Source: Eledone cirrhosa
Lineage: Eukaryota
Reading direction: 5' to 3'
NCBI GenBank assembly: GCA_964016885.1
Contig: OZ024752.1
Span: 40,734,001 to 40,798,000, forward strand
Length of the DNA: 64,000 nt
How positions within the stretch are numbered: position 1 is the stretch's first letter; every line of letters starts with the position of its first letter. Below the pieces are notes generated by a model, which ran no database searches, was not told where the DNA came from, and saw nothing but the letters and a program-made list of their open reading frames with translations. Of the stretch, positions 1 to 14,699 are shown in pieces. The position numbers and the translations under genes are program-made.

Positions 1-3000
1 ACGCTCATAGACACCCCCATACACCAATACATACGCTCATAGACACCCCCATACACACACGCCAATACATACATACGCTCATAGACACCCCCACACACAC
101 ACACGCCAATACATACGCTCATAGACACCCCCATACACACACACGCCAATACATACGCTCATAGACACCCCCATACACACACACGCCAATACATACGCTC
201 ATAGACACCCCCATGCACACACACACGCCAATACATACGCTCATAGACACCCCCATACACACACGCCAATACATACGCTCATAGACACCCCCATACACAC
301 ACACACGCCAATACATACGCTCATAGACACCCCCATACACACACACACGCCAATACATACGCTCATAGACACCCCCATGCACACACACACGCCAATACAT
401 ACGCTCATAGACACCCCCCCCACACACACACGCCAATACATACGCTCATAGACACCCCCATACACACACACACGCCAATACATACGCTCATAGACACCCC
501 CATACACACACACACGCCAATACATACGCTCATAGACACCCCCATACACACACACACGCCAATACATACGCTCATAGACACCCCCATACACACACACACG
601 CCAATACATACGCTCATAGACACCCCCATACACACACGCCAATACATACGCTCATAGACACCCCCATACACACACGCCAATACATACGCTCATAGACACC
701 CCCATGCACACACACACGCCAATACATACGCTCATAGACACCCCCATGCACACACACACGCCAATACATACGCTCATAGACACCCCCATACACACACACA
801 CGCCAATACATACGCTCATAGACACCCCCATACACACACACACGCCAATACATACGCTCATAGACACCCCCATACACACACACACGCCAATACATACGCT
901 CATAGACACCCCCATACACACACACACGCCAATACATACGCTCATAGACACCCCCATACACACACGCCAATACATACGCTCATAGACACCCCCATACACA
1001 CACACGCCAATACATACGCTCATAGACACCCCCATACACACACACACGCCAATACATACGCTCATAGACACCCCCATACACACACACACGCCAATACATA
1101 CGCTCATAGACACCCCCATACACACACACACGCCAATACATACGCTCATAGACACCCCCCCCACACACACACGCCAATACATACGCTCATAGACACCCCC
1201 ATACACACACACACGCCAATACATACGCTCATAGACACCCCCATACACACACACACGCCAATACATACGCTCATAGACACCCCCATACACACACGCCAAT
1301 ACATACGCTCATAGACACCCCCATACACACACACACGCCAATACATACGCTCATAGACACCCCCATACACACACGCCAATACATACGCTCATAGACACCC
1401 CCATACACACACGCCAATACATACGCTCATAGACACCCCCATACACACACACACGCCAATACATACGCTCATAGACACCCCCACACACACACACACGCCA
1501 ATACATACGCTCATAGACACCCCCACACACACACACACGCCAATACATACGCTCATAGACACCCCCACACACACACACACGCCAATACATACGCTCATAG
1601 ACACCCCCATACACACACACACGCCAATACATACGCTCATAGACACCCCCATACACACACGCCAATACATACGCTCATAGACACCCCCATACACACACAC
1701 ACGCCAATACATACGCTCATAGACACCCCCATACACACACACGCCAATACATACGCTCATAGACACCCCCATACACACACGCCAATACATACGCTCATAG
1801 ACACCCCCATACACACACACGCCAATACATACGCTCATAGACACCCCCATACACACACACACGCCAATACATACGCTCATAGACACCCCCATACACACAC
1901 ACACGCCAATACATACGCTCATAGACACCCCCATACACACACACGCCAATACATACGCTCATAGACACCCCCATGCACACACACACGCCAATACATACGC
2001 TCATAGACACCCCCATACACACACACACGCCAATACATACGCTCATAGACACCCCCATGCACACACACACGCCAATACATACGCTCATAGACACCCCCAT
2101 ACACACACACACGCCAATACATACGCTCATAGACACCCCCACACACACACACGCCAATACATACGCTCATAGACACCCCCCCCACACACACACACGCCAA
2201 TACATACGCTCATAGACACCCCCATGCACACACACACGCCAATACATACACTCATAGACACCCCCATGCACACACACACGCCAATACATACGCTCATAGA
2301 CACCCCCCCACACACACACGCCAATACATACGCTCATAGACACCCCCATACACACACACGGCAATACATACGCTCATAGACACCCCCCCACACACACACG
2401 CCAATACATACGCTCATAGACACCCCCACACACACACACGCCAATACATACGCTCATAGACACCCCCCCCACACACACACACGCCAATACATACGCTCAT
2501 AGACACCCCCATGCACACACACACGCCAATACATACACTCATAGACACCCCCATGCACACACACACGCCAATACATACGCTCATAGACACCCCCCCACAC
2601 ACACACGCCAATACATACGCTCATAGACACCCCCATACACACACACGGCAATACATACGCTCATAGACACCCCCATACACACACACACGCCAATACATAC
2701 GCTCATAGACACCCCCATACACACACACACGCCAATACATACGCTCATAGACACCCCCATACACACACACGCCAATACATACGCTCATAGACACCCCCAT
2801 ACACACACACGCCAATACATACGCTCATAGACACCCCCATACACACACACACACGCCAATACATACGCTCATAGACACCCCCCCACACACACACGCCAAT
2901 ACATACGCTCATAGACACCCCCATACACACACACACGCCAATACATACGCTCATAGACACCCCCATACACACACGCCAATACATACACTCATAGACACCC

Positions 3001-4620
3001 CCATACACACACACACGCCAATACATACACTCATAGACACCCCCCCCACACACACACGCCAATACATACGCTCATAGACACCCCCATACACACACACACG
3101 CCAATACATACGCTCATAGACACCCCCATACACACACACGCCAATACATACGCTCATAGACACCCCCATACACACACACACGCCAATACATACGCTCATA
3201 GACACCCCCATACACACACACGCCAATACATACGCTCATAGACACCCCCATACACACACACGCCAATACATACGCTCATAGACACCCCCATACACACACA
3301 CGCCAATACATACGCTCATAGACACCCCCATACACACACACGCCAATACATACGCTCATAGACACCCCCATACACACACACACGCCAATACATACGCTCA
3401 TAGACACCCCCATACACACACACGCCAATACATACGCTCATAGACACCCCCATACACACACACACGCCAATACATACGCTCATAGACACCCCCATACACA
3501 CACACGCCAATACATACGCTCATAGACACCCCCATACACACACACACGCCAATACATACGCTCATAGACACCCCCATACACACACACGCCAATACATACG
3601 CTCATAGACACCCCCATACACACACACACGCCAATACATACGCTCATAGACACCCCCCATACACACACACGCCAATACATACGCTCATAGACACCCCCAT
3701 ACACACACACGCCAATACATACACTCATAGACACCCCCATACACACACACACGCCAATACATACGCTCATAGACACCCCCCATACACACACACGCCAATA
3801 CATACGCTCATAGACACCCCCCCACACACACACGCCAATACATACGCTCATAGACACCCCCATACACACACACGCCAATACATACGCTCATAGACCCCCC
3901 CCCCACACACACACGCCAATACATACGCTCATAGACACCCCCACACACACACACGCCAATACATACACTCATAGACACCCCCATACACACACACACGCCA
4001 ATACATACGCTCATAGACACCCCCATACACACACGCCAATACATACGCTCATAGACACCCCCATACACACACACACGCCAATACATACGCTCATAGACAC
4101 CCCCATACACACACGCCAATACATACGCTCATAGACACCCCCATACACACACGCCAATACATACGCTCATAGACACCCCCATACACACACGCCAATACAT
4201 ACGCTCATAGACACCCCCATACACACACGCCAATACATACGCTCATAGACACCCCCATACACACACGCCAATACATACGCTCATAGACACCCCCATACAC
4301 ACACACACGCCAATACATACGCTCATAGACACCCCCATACACACACACGCCAATACATACGCTCATAGACACCCCCATACACCAATACATACGCTCATAG
4401 ACACCCCCATACACACACGCCAATACATACGCTCATAGACACCCCCATACACACACACGCCAATACATACGCTCATAGACACCCCCACACACACACACGC
4501 CAATACATACGCTCATAGACACCCCCACACACACACACGCCAATACATACGCTCATAGACACCCCCATACACACACACGCCAATACATACGCTCATAGAC
4601 ACCCCCATGCACACACACAC
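1..4620. repeat. ~38-44 bp minisatellite, unit GCCAATACATACGCTCATAGACACCCCCAT(AC)n, about 110 copies; runs off window start
   Basis: Directly visible tandem unit; length varies only in the (AC)n and C-run parts. Confidence 0.98.
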
Positions 4621-4635
4621 AAACACACACACACA

Positions 4636-4671
<36 letters not shown>

Positions 4672-4716
4672 CACTTATATATGTTAAGTTTATCCCGGGT
4701 TTATCCCGGGTTCAAT

Positions 4717-4768
4717 GGACTTCCTGATGATTTCTCCTGAATGAAACAGTTCTAGTCCTGTAGAAGCC
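4717..4768 (+). ncRNA. Type I hammerhead ribozyme motif, family B
   Basis: cttc-CTGATGA(4724-4730)-tttctcctgaat-GAAA-cag ttctagtc ct-GTA-gaag; stem I cttc/gaag, stem III acag/ctgt. Confidence 0.75.
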
Positions 4769-4774
4769 ATTTCT

Positions 4775-4828
<54 letters not shown>

Positions 4829-4829
<1 letters not shown>

Positions 4830-5020
4830 GGAACCAGTAAGACCCCGACGGCTGAGCTCAAGCCGTTTCGACGGCTAATTCTGGACTAAATTTAGTCCAG
4901 AATTAGCCGTCGAAACGGCTTGAGCTCAGCCGTCGGGGTCTCACTAGTTCCTACTACCCTAAGTATTGAGTACTTTGGTGCGTTATAGTCCACCTGGTTC
5001 CTTACCACATTTCCTTCGTT
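4829..5020 (+). mobile_element. Family C fold-back element (Penelope-like terminal fragment with the 3' half of a hammerhead) in (TA)n
   Basis: Palindrome ~4829-4952 centred at 4890/4891; arm carries GAAA-cggc-ttgagctca-gcc-GTC-gggg; tail ...gtattgagtac...ccttcgtt abuts (AT)n; many copies in window. Confidence 0.75.
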
Positions 5021-5059
5021 ATATATATATACACATGTATATATATATATATATATTAT

Positions 5060-5160
5060 TATTATACTTGGGGAGGGTCATATTGTTGTAATAATATTGC
5101 CAGAAATAATAACAGAACATACTCACGTTTGGTTGGTTTTCACTTCTGTATCTTTTATAT
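5060..5160. repeat. Dispersed TA-associated repeat (ttggggagggtcatattgtt...cttctgtatcttttat)
   Basis: Related copies at ~33700-33780 (inverted), 34355-34390, 34533-34560, 49098-49210, 51688-51750. Confidence 0.65.
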
Positions 5161-5406
5161 CGCCACAGTTAATTCCTTCGTATATGTATATATATGTATA
5201 TATATGTATATATATGTATATATGTATATATATGTATATATGTATATATTTAACTATCGTCTCAGTGTGTTTGGCCTTTAACGTTTGTTATAGCTCTGGT
5301 TCATCTGAATCATTGAGCACTTGCCGCACATCTCGGAGGTTGTTTTTCGTTATTTCGTGGGCCGAAATGCGAATCTCGATAATTTATGTTTGTATATATA
5401 TATATA

Positions 5407-5698
5407 TGTAGGAGGTGAGTTTTATTGTAGTACAATAAAGCAATGCAGATATCGGATAAGAAGCACTCTACAGTTTGTAGGACTGGAGTATACATAATAT
5501 ATAAGATCAAAAGATGGTTAAATGAGTTCCATGTATTTTATTATGCGCATTTCAAAAACAAATATCATCATGCAATAACATTTGTGTTTTCATCAGATAA
5601 AATAGGAGGGATGAAAACACAAATGTTATTGCATGATGATATTTGTTTTTGAAATGCGCATAATAAAATACATGGAACTCATTTAACCATCTTTTGAT

Positions 5699-5706
<8 letters not shown>
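5407..5706 (-). mobile_element. Family A hammerhead-bearing fold-back element flanked by (TA)n
   Basis: Inverted arms ~5497-5593 / 5610-5706; near-identical copies at 27945-28180 and 62705-62885, diverged copies at 31101-31541. Confidence 0.8.
5534..5604 (-). ncRNA. Type I hammerhead ribozyme motif with palindromic stem III, family A
   Basis: Minus strand: tattttat-CTGATGA-aaacacaaat...atttgttttt-GAAA-tgcgc-ATA-ataaaata; 8-bp stem I, long stem II. Confidence 0.8.
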
Positions 5707-5756
<50 letters not shown>

Positions 5757-6097
5757 GAGAACCGATTTTACTGAAAAAATCGAATAATGTACACCATTTT
5801 ACCAGGGGGGAAAAAAATACTGGTCCACCCACACACGCACACACACACACACACACATATATACACAAACACATACACACGCGTACATCAACATACAAAG
5901 AGACTTATACACACACACACACACACACACGCACTTCTCCGTATAAGACAAAAGCTGAAAAATATCTTTTGACCTTCGAATGACTCTGCTGTGTGTATGT
6001 ACGCACACACACACACACACACACACTTATCTTAATAGCCATTTGACACACATCGCTGGTGGCTATTGTCGCAGCATCGAACACCTTACTACTACTA

Positions 6098-6137
<40 letters not shown>

Positions 6138-6162
6138 TTGTTGTGAAAGAGTCATTTCTCAA

Positions 6163-6396
6163 TCTTGGCGCAAAACCAATTTTTTATCCACATGACCTCT
6201 ACCGACCAATCAAAATTGTTTTGACCATAATTTTTGCTGGAGCCACTTTTCTAACATTTTAACATAAAAACAGTCTTGGCGCAAAATCAACTTTTTACAT
6301 TCACATGACCTCTACCGACCAATCAAAATTGTTTTGACCACAAGCATTTTTGCAACACAAAAATAACGCTGGAGCCATTTTTTAAACATAAAAACA
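6163..6396. repeat. Imperfect tandem duplication (~110-120 bp x2)
   Basis: tcttggcgcaaaa...cacatgacctctaccgaccaatcaaaattgttttgacca...gctggagcca occurs twice. Confidence 0.8.
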
Positions 6397-6613
6397 GGTA
6401 GAATTCCCAAAACTAATCAGATCAGAGCAAACAGCACGGACACTCTATCTCAAAATTATTTTTGAAAAGCATTTAGAAATGCGCAACCGGTAAAAACTTA
6501 AAAACTTAAAACCACAACTGAATACTAACCCATACAATCACTAATACTCTTTTATTCCTAATTAAACCATTTTTCAACTGTGAAGAATTTGTCAGCATTT
6601 TCTATTCCGTTTA

Positions 6614-6733
<120 letters not shown>

Positions 6734-7210
6734 AACATGAACGGAGGGGTTAAGTAAAGTATCTGAAGACTTACAGCAATCACCAGAGTTTATCAGACAA
6801 AAACAAATGTTTAATTGTAAATCTGATAATGAAGCACTGAAATTATAGGTACGACTTGTAGTTCAAGTCATTTATCGTATATAGTTACTATATAACTTCT
6901 ATGAATGGTTGGTTCCTTCTATTATATTAGATTATAACATAAATTCCCGCTGATTTGTAACAAGAGACAAATTAGAACAACGGCGGGAATTTATGTTACA
7001 ACATAATAGGTATCTTCTTACACGAGGATTAAATGCATCTCCTGATGATACGACTGACTCCCTAGTTTAGCTATTGAGTTAATTATTGAAATGGAATTTT
7101 TGAGGTTTCGCGAGACTTGGTATTGTTAAATATTTCATTCTAATGATACAGACTAACTAAAATTTCCCTAACTTTATAACAACCTTCCCTCCATTGTGTT
7201 TCAAAATATA

Positions 7211-7436
7211 TTGGGTTGTAACATAAATTCCCGCCGTTCTTATAATTTGTTTGTTTGTACAAATCAGCGGGAATTTATGTTACAACCTAAAGTTTCTCTT
7301 CTCGTCTTTTCTATACATTAATATATTTGGTTGTAACATAAATTCCCGCCGTTCTTATAATTTGTTTGTTTGTACAAATCAGCGGGAATTTATGTTACAA
7401 CCTAAAATTTCTCTTCTCGTCTTTTCTATACATTAA
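7211..7436. mobile_element. Tandem pair of ~75-bp mariner-like mini-MITEs (third copy at ~6933-7002)
   Basis: Perfect 21-bp inverted repeats ggttgtaacataaattcccgc / gcgggaatttatgttacaacc at 7214-7287, repeated ~115 bp later; mariner assignment from end resemblance only. Confidence 0.6.
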
Positions 7437-7637
7437 ACTCTAATTCTGTTTCTCTCACTTCTACTGTATTCTTTCTGTTTTTCAATTCACAAGGCTTCTC
7501 CATTTCTTGCCGTTTCTGACATTATCGATACATGCCGCCATTGTTGCTATTAATTTACTGTCTACAACAGCTGTTGTTGATGTTATTCCTGCTGTTTCTT
7601 TGCCACTATGGCTACTATTGCTTTGTATTGTTATTAG

Positions 7638-7668
<31 letters not shown>

Positions 7669-7716
7669 CCTACTGTTCCCTTACCACTATGGCTACTATT
7701 GCTTTGTATTGTTATT

Positions 7717-7901
7717 ATTGGCAGTATCGGTAGAGCGTCGAACGCCATGCTTTGATGCATAGAGTTACGGCCCTTTATGGTCTGAGTTCAAATCCCGCCG
7801 AGGTTAACTTTTCCTTTCATCCTTACGGCGGAGTCGATAAAATAAAGTACCAGTAATGCACTGGGGTAATTGCTGGCCTTGTGCCAAAAGTAGAAACAAT
7901 T
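7717..7901 (+). mobile_element. tRNA-derived SINE, family SINE-A
   Basis: A-box-like tggcagtatcggtagagcg, B-box gagttcaaatcc, central ctttcatccttacgg..gtcgataaaataaagtaccag, tail gccttgtgcc..aagtagaaac. Confidence 0.85.
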
Positions 7902-8229
7902 GTTGTTGCTGTTGTTGTTGTTATTCCTGCTGTTGTTGTTGCTGTTGTTGCTGTTGTTGTACTAGCTACTCCACCCCTCCTCCTACCTTTCCATATCCAC
8001 TGATGTTGTTATGGTTGTTGTTGTTGTTGTTGTTGTTATTGTTGTGGTAGCTAACCCCCCCCTTACATCCACTGATGCTGTTATCGTTATCATTGTTGTT
8101 GTTGTTGTTATTGTTGTTGTTGTTGTTGTTGTTATTGTTGTTGTTATTAGTGTTGTGGTGGCTACCTGTCCTCCCCCTCCCACATCCACTGATGTTGTGA
8201 ACGTTGTTGTTGTTATTGTTGTTGTTGTT

Positions 8230-8362
8230 ATTGATGATTTCTTCTGAATGAAACATTTCTAGTCCTGTAGAAGCCATTTCTATATTAAACTCGATGTTTA
8301 CACTCTACTAATGTATTGAGTACCTTACTAACTGTGGTTACTCCCGATTGAACCCGGGACTC
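8230..8362 (+). mobile_element. Family B element, 5'-truncated, with degenerate hammerhead
   Basis: tgatga-tttcttctgaat-gaaac...ctgta-gaagcc then tail gtattgagtac...aacccgggac ending on microsatellite. Confidence 0.7.
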
Positions 8363-8427
8363 TCTCTCTCTCTCACACACTCACACACACACACACACAC
8401 ACACACTGAGAAACACATATATAAATA

Positions 8428-8458
<31 letters not shown>

Positions 8459-8515
8459 GTTATATATGTATCATATATATTGTACATATATCATATATAC
8501 ATATTTCTTTCTACC

Positions 8516-8570
<55 letters not shown>

Positions 8571-8578
8571 CACACATG

Positions 8579-8609
<31 letters not shown>

Positions 8610-8740
8610 GTATATGTAAAAGATAAAAAGAGACGCAGGACATAGCAGCGATAATGAGGGACAGAGACCGCTGGAGAGAACTCATCCATGGATCTCGGTA
8701 TATAAAGCACTCAACAGTTTAGTGGAATTTCAGCGAATTT

Positions 8741-8804
<64 letters not shown>

Positions 8805-9168
8805 AACAACGAACAGCGGAGGACACGTTTCGCACCTTTCCGACAGACAACCTTTCCCCCACCCTGGAAAAAACCCCCAGTTGATGGATGTGAATCCGAA
8901 ATATATAGGGACAATTAAATCTCTCCCAAGGTAACTCTCTCTCGTGTTGTTATTTTTATTTTTATCCTTTACGCTCTTTCCTACATTCCTCTACACGTTA
9001 CAGTCTTATACACGCCACGCATCTCAACGTACACCCACTTACATCTCTCTCTCAACCACCGGATCTTGTTACTCGGAGATTTACCCATTTGCATTGTCGA
9101 GGCTTCCAAACGACTTAAAGAAATTTACCTTATTATTCCACAATGCTTCAAGCAAACTTCAATACTCT

Positions 9169-9262
<94 letters not shown>

Positions 9263-9710
9263 AAGGTTGGCATTGATTTTCGTAAAGAGTACCAGGCATA
9301 TACGGTGGTCGATACCAACCAATTCACCATCCATTGCAACAACAAATATATGTAAACAGTTTGTTAATATATGAAATCGATATGATTTAAATGAAATAGT
9401 AATTAGTGTTGAAACCGTCGCTGTGTTGTGACATTTCACCAGTCATCGATCAGATCGTCAGCTCTGTGGAATGGTGAGAATGAAGACAACTAGCCTGACT
9501 GACTGTGTAAAGAACGGTGAAGTCTGTCAAACGGAATCGTCAAAGACTTTAACATCGACTCAACTTTCTGCCAACGAATGCCAACAATTAGTGGTTACAC
9601 TAAATCTCGCGTGGCTTATAAGGGTGGAACTGTATCTCTGTTGTGGCTCTCGCTGTCTTGTTTGGACACGTACAAAGGTGGTGTTGGTGGTGGTGGTGGG
9701 GGAGGGGGGT

Positions 9711-9832
9711 GCACACACACACACACACATAGAGACACACACACATAGAGACACACACACATACAGACACATACATACAGACACACACACACAGACACAC
9801 ATATATATTCTATATATATATAAGGTCGCACG

Positions 9833-9867
<35 letters not shown>

Positions 9868-10363
9868 ACACACACACACACAGACACATACACACAGACA
9901 CACACACACAGACACACATATATATTCTATATATATATAAGGTCGCACGCACACACACACATACACACACGCACACACACACACATACAGACACACATAC
10001 AGACACACACATACAGACACACACATACAGACACAGACACACATATATATTCTATATATATATAAGGACGCACACACACACACATACACAGACACACACG
10101 CACACATACACACACACACAGACACACACGCACACACAAATACACACACAGACACACATACAGACACATACATACAGACACACACATACAGACACAGACA
10201 CACATATATATTCTATATATATATAAGGACGCACACACACACACGCACACAGACACACACGCACACACACACACACACACACAGACACACATACAGAGAC
10301 ACATACATACAGACACACACATACAGACACAGACACACATATATATTCTATATATATATAAGG

Positions 10364-10398
<35 letters not shown>

Positions 10399-10531
10399 AA
10401 GACACACATACAGACACACACATACAGACACACACATACAGACACAGACACACATACACATATATATCTATATATATCTATTTACAAACAGGCACACACA
10501 TATGTGTATACACACACACACACACACATAA

Positions 10532-10570
<39 letters not shown>

Positions 10571-10707
10571 CAGACACACATACGCATACACACATGCATA
10601 CATACATTTATATGTATATGTTTGTGCATGTGTATGTATGCATGTGTATGTATGTATGTGTATGTATGTTTGTATATGTATGCATGTGTGTGCGTGTCTG
10701 TATGTAT

Positions 10708-10776
<69 letters not shown>

Positions 10777-12860
10777 CAGGCACACACATGCATATACACA
10801 TACGCATATATACACACACTTAAACACACACACACACATGCATACATACATATATATACATAGATGTGAATACATGTCTAGATATATATCTGAGTGTGTA
10901 TGTGTGTTTGTTTTTGAATGCATATGTTTGTAGTGTGTATGTATATCTGTGTGTATGTATGTGTTGTGTGTGTGTGTGTGTATGAGTGTGTGTGTGTGTG
11001 TATGTATGTGTGTGTGTATGTGGGTGTGTGTGTGTATGTGTTGTGTGTGTGTGTGTATGTATGTGTGTGTGTGTGTGTGTATGTGCGTGTGTGTGTATGT
11101 GTGTGTGTGTATGTATGTGTGTGTGTGTATGTGTGTGTGTGTGAATGTGTTGTGTGTGAGTTTGTGTGTGTGTGTGTTGTGTGTGAGTGTGTGTGTATGT
11201 GTTGTGTGTATGTGTGTGTGTGTGAGTGTGTGTGTGTGTGTGTATATGTGTGTGTATGTATGTGTGTGTGTGTGTATGTGTGTGTGTGTATGTGTGTGTG
11301 TGTGTATGTGTGTGTGAGTGTGTGTGTGTGTGTGTGTATGTGTGTGTATGTATGTGTGTGTGTATGTGTGTGTGTGTGTGTATGTGTGTGTGTGTGTATA
11401 TGTATGTGTGTGTGTGTGTATGTGCGTGTGTGTGTATATATATATGTGTGTGTGTGTGTATATGTATGTGTGTGTGTGTGTGTATGTGTGTGTGTATATG
11501 TGTGTGTGTATGTATATGTGTGTGTATGTGTGTGTGTGTGTATGTGTATGTGTGTGTGTATGTGTGTGTGTGTATGTGTGTGTATGTGTGTGTGTCATGT
11601 AGTGATTGATGATGGAGACATCAAGCGGATACAACGATAATTACCTTCCTCATCATCACAGGTGTTATATATACACACATGTATATATACACACATGTAT
11701 ATACACACATGTATATATATACACATGTATATATACACACATGTATATATACACACATGTATATATACACACATGTATATATACACACATGTATATATAT
11801 ACACATGTATATATACACACATGTATATATACACACATGTATATATACACACATGTATATATACACACATTTATATATACACACATGTATATATACACAT
11901 GTATATATATATAAATACACATATACATACACACATGCATATATATATAAACACACATATACAGACATGTATATATATATAAACACATATACACACATGT
12001 ATATATAAACATACACGTACACATACATGTATATATATATATATAAACACACATATACACACATGTATATATACACACATGTATATATATATATACACAC
12101 ATATACACACATGTATATATAAACATACACGTACACATACATGTATATATATATATATAAACACACATATACACACATGTATATATACACACATGTATAT
12201 ATATATAAACACACATATACACACATGTATATATATATAAACACACATATACACACATGTATATATACACACATGTATATATATATAAACACACATATAC
12301 ACACATGTATATATAAACATACATGTACACATACATGTATATATATATATAAACACACATATACACACACATGTATATATATATATAAACACACATATAC
12401 ACACATGTATATATACACATATACATTCACATACATGTATATATAAACACACATATGTATATATATAAACATACACGTACACATACATGTATATATATAT
12501 ATAAACACACATATACACACATGTATATATATATATATATAAACACACATGTACCCACACATATATATATATATAAACATATACATTCACACATATGTAT
12601 ATATAAACATATATATTCACACACATGTATATATATAAACATACACGTACACATACATGTATATATAAACACACATATACACACACATGTATATATAAAC
12701 ATACTCGTACACACACATGTATATATAAACATATACATACACACACACTAGTATATATAGCCACACACACACACTCATATATATATATATAAACACTCAC
12801 GCACACACACCTATATAGAACAGACACCACACACTCATACATACATACATACTCACATAC
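9711..12860. repeat. Compound (CA)n/(TG)n/(TA)n microsatellite field with short higher-order units
   Basis: Directly visible. Confidence 0.95.
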
Positions 12861-12977
12861 ATGATGGCTGCCCCCTCATTATCGAGTATGGCCATTGCTC
12901 GATATACCATTATCAATAATTATTAATTAATCCTATCGTGCAATGCCTGTGCGTGAAGATTTTACATACATACATAC

Positions 12978-13881
12978 ATGGTGGCTGCCAACTCGTTTTC
13001 GAGTACGGCCACTACTTTATATCCATGTAGGAGAACCCCTACCGATGCGCTGAACAAGTGTGACTTTTTAGTCCAGCCAGCGACTTGAAAACTCTGGTAC
13101 AAACACTACACCTGTGACAATTATTGACACATAGTGCTGGGCCCATGGTACCATGTGATGACAAGTGCAGAGAGATCTCCAGATATAAAGCGATGCCTGT
13201 GCTGTGAAGCTTTTATAGTGAGCAAAGGCACTGCACAAAGCCAGTCCCACTCTCTTAACCAAGATGATATTTACCAAAAAGAAGAACAAGTCAACATCAT
13301 TGGATACCATCAGAGTTGCAGTTGTTATATCAAAGTTTTCCTTCTCCTAGAATTCTGCCTTGACAAAGGCTAAGGGGTCATCTCTCCCGGATATATATAT
13401 ATGTATATATATACATACATGCAGATATATATATACATACATATATACACATACATATATATACATACATGGTGGCTACCAACACGTTTTCGAGTACGGC
13501 CACTACTTTATATCCATGTAGGAGAACCCCCACCGATGCGCTGAACGAGTGTGACTTTTTAGTCCAGCCAGCGACTTGAAAACTCTGGTACAAACACTAC
13601 ACCTGTGACAATTATTGACACATAGTGCTGGGCCCATGGTACCATGTGACGACAAGTGCAGAGAGATCTCCAGATATAAAGCAATGCCTGTGCCGTGAAG
13701 CTTTTATAGTGAGCAAAGGCACTGCACAAAGCCAGTCCCACTCTCTTAACCAAGATGATATTTACCAAAAAGAAGAACAAGTCAACATCATTGGATACCA
13801 TCAGGGTTGCAGGTGTTATATCAGAGTTTTCCTTCTCCTAGAATTCTGCCTTGACAAAGGCTAAGGGGTCATCTCTCCCGG
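12978..13881 (-). mobile_element. Two tandem ~410-bp copies of a non-autonomous RTE-like element (family F) with (GTAT)n tails
   Basis: Copies 12978-13390 and 13469-13881 are the reverse complement of units at 23270-23680 and 23901-24313; taggagaaggaaaactctg resembles RTE 5' UTRs (recall, unverified). Confidence 0.65.
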
Positions 13882-14191
13882 ATGATCACTAGTCCTACAT
13901 ACGTACATACATACATACGTACATACATACATACGTACATACGTACATACGTACATACGTACATACATACGTACATGCATACATACGTACATACGTACTT
14001 ACATATATATATACATACGTACATACGAACATACATACATAAATACATACGTACATACATACATAAATACATACGTACATACATACATACGTACATACAT
14101 ACATACATACATACGTACTTACATATATATATATATATACATACGTACATACGAACATACACACATACAGGTGATAGGTACACTGAAGTAC

Positions 14192-14345
14192 TGGTGCGTG
14201 TCTCAGGGGTTACAGTTCTAGACTAATGATCATAGGGTTGTGTGTTCGATTCCTAGACCCAGTGGTGCGTTATTTCAGTCCACACAGCTTGCAAAAATGA
14301 GTTGTACCTACATTTCAAAGGACCACCCCCTACCCTTATTACCAA
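14192..14345 (+). mobile_element. Degenerate tRNA-derived CORE-type SINE (SINE-B)
   Basis: gttcgattcc B box and aaatgagttgtacc segment shared with 44920-45062 and 43890-44271. Confidence 0.55.
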
Positions 14346-14545
14346 CCGGGAATCGTTGAAACCTCTTGAAAACTGAGTTGAAAACTGGGCATGACTTTAA
14401 AAATGAGGCTTCCGAAGGTGTGTGGCCCTAGGGTGTTGACGGTGGGAGTTCGGCTCTTCAGTGTTAGGACACATTGCACCAGTCAAGAGTGTGTATTGAT
14501 TTCTTCAATATGTAATGCTAATCTTATAATCGTTTCACAAGAGGT

Positions 14546-14627
14546 TTCGTCGTGGCCGAGTGGTTAAGGCGGTAGACTAGAAATCCATAAGTGTCTCCCC
14601 GCATAGGTTCGAATCCTATTGGCGACG
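14546..14627 (+). tRNA. tRNA-Ser(AGA): tRNA-Ser(AGA), degenerate, possibly a pseudogene
   Basis: tggccgagtggttaaggcg D-arm, ct-AGA-aa anticodon loop, long variable arm, ataggttcgaatcctat T-arm, T-run terminator at 14636; mismatches at position 1 and in the anticodon stem. Confidence 0.85.
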
Positions 14628-14699
14628 TTTCAACCTTTTTTTTTTTTCCTTTCCCCAGGCGTTTTTCTACAGTTAAAGCTTATTTAGCTTATAGGTAAG

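Noticed and set aside
1-4620. CRISPR-like regular repeat
   Set aside because: No unique spacers and no cas genes; it is a eukaryotic minisatellite
7036-7116. CTGATGA...GAAA candidate hammerhead
   Set aside because: Stem III and cleavage triplet cannot be formed convincingly
9380-9690. Unique sequence at the start of the 251-aa ORF as a host exon
   Set aside because: No recognisable domain or clear splice context; ORF continues into microsatellite
13068-13864. 80-aa ORFs repeated four times (MVSNDVDLFF...)
   Set aside because: Recurrence reflects copies of non-coding family F; no recognisable domain
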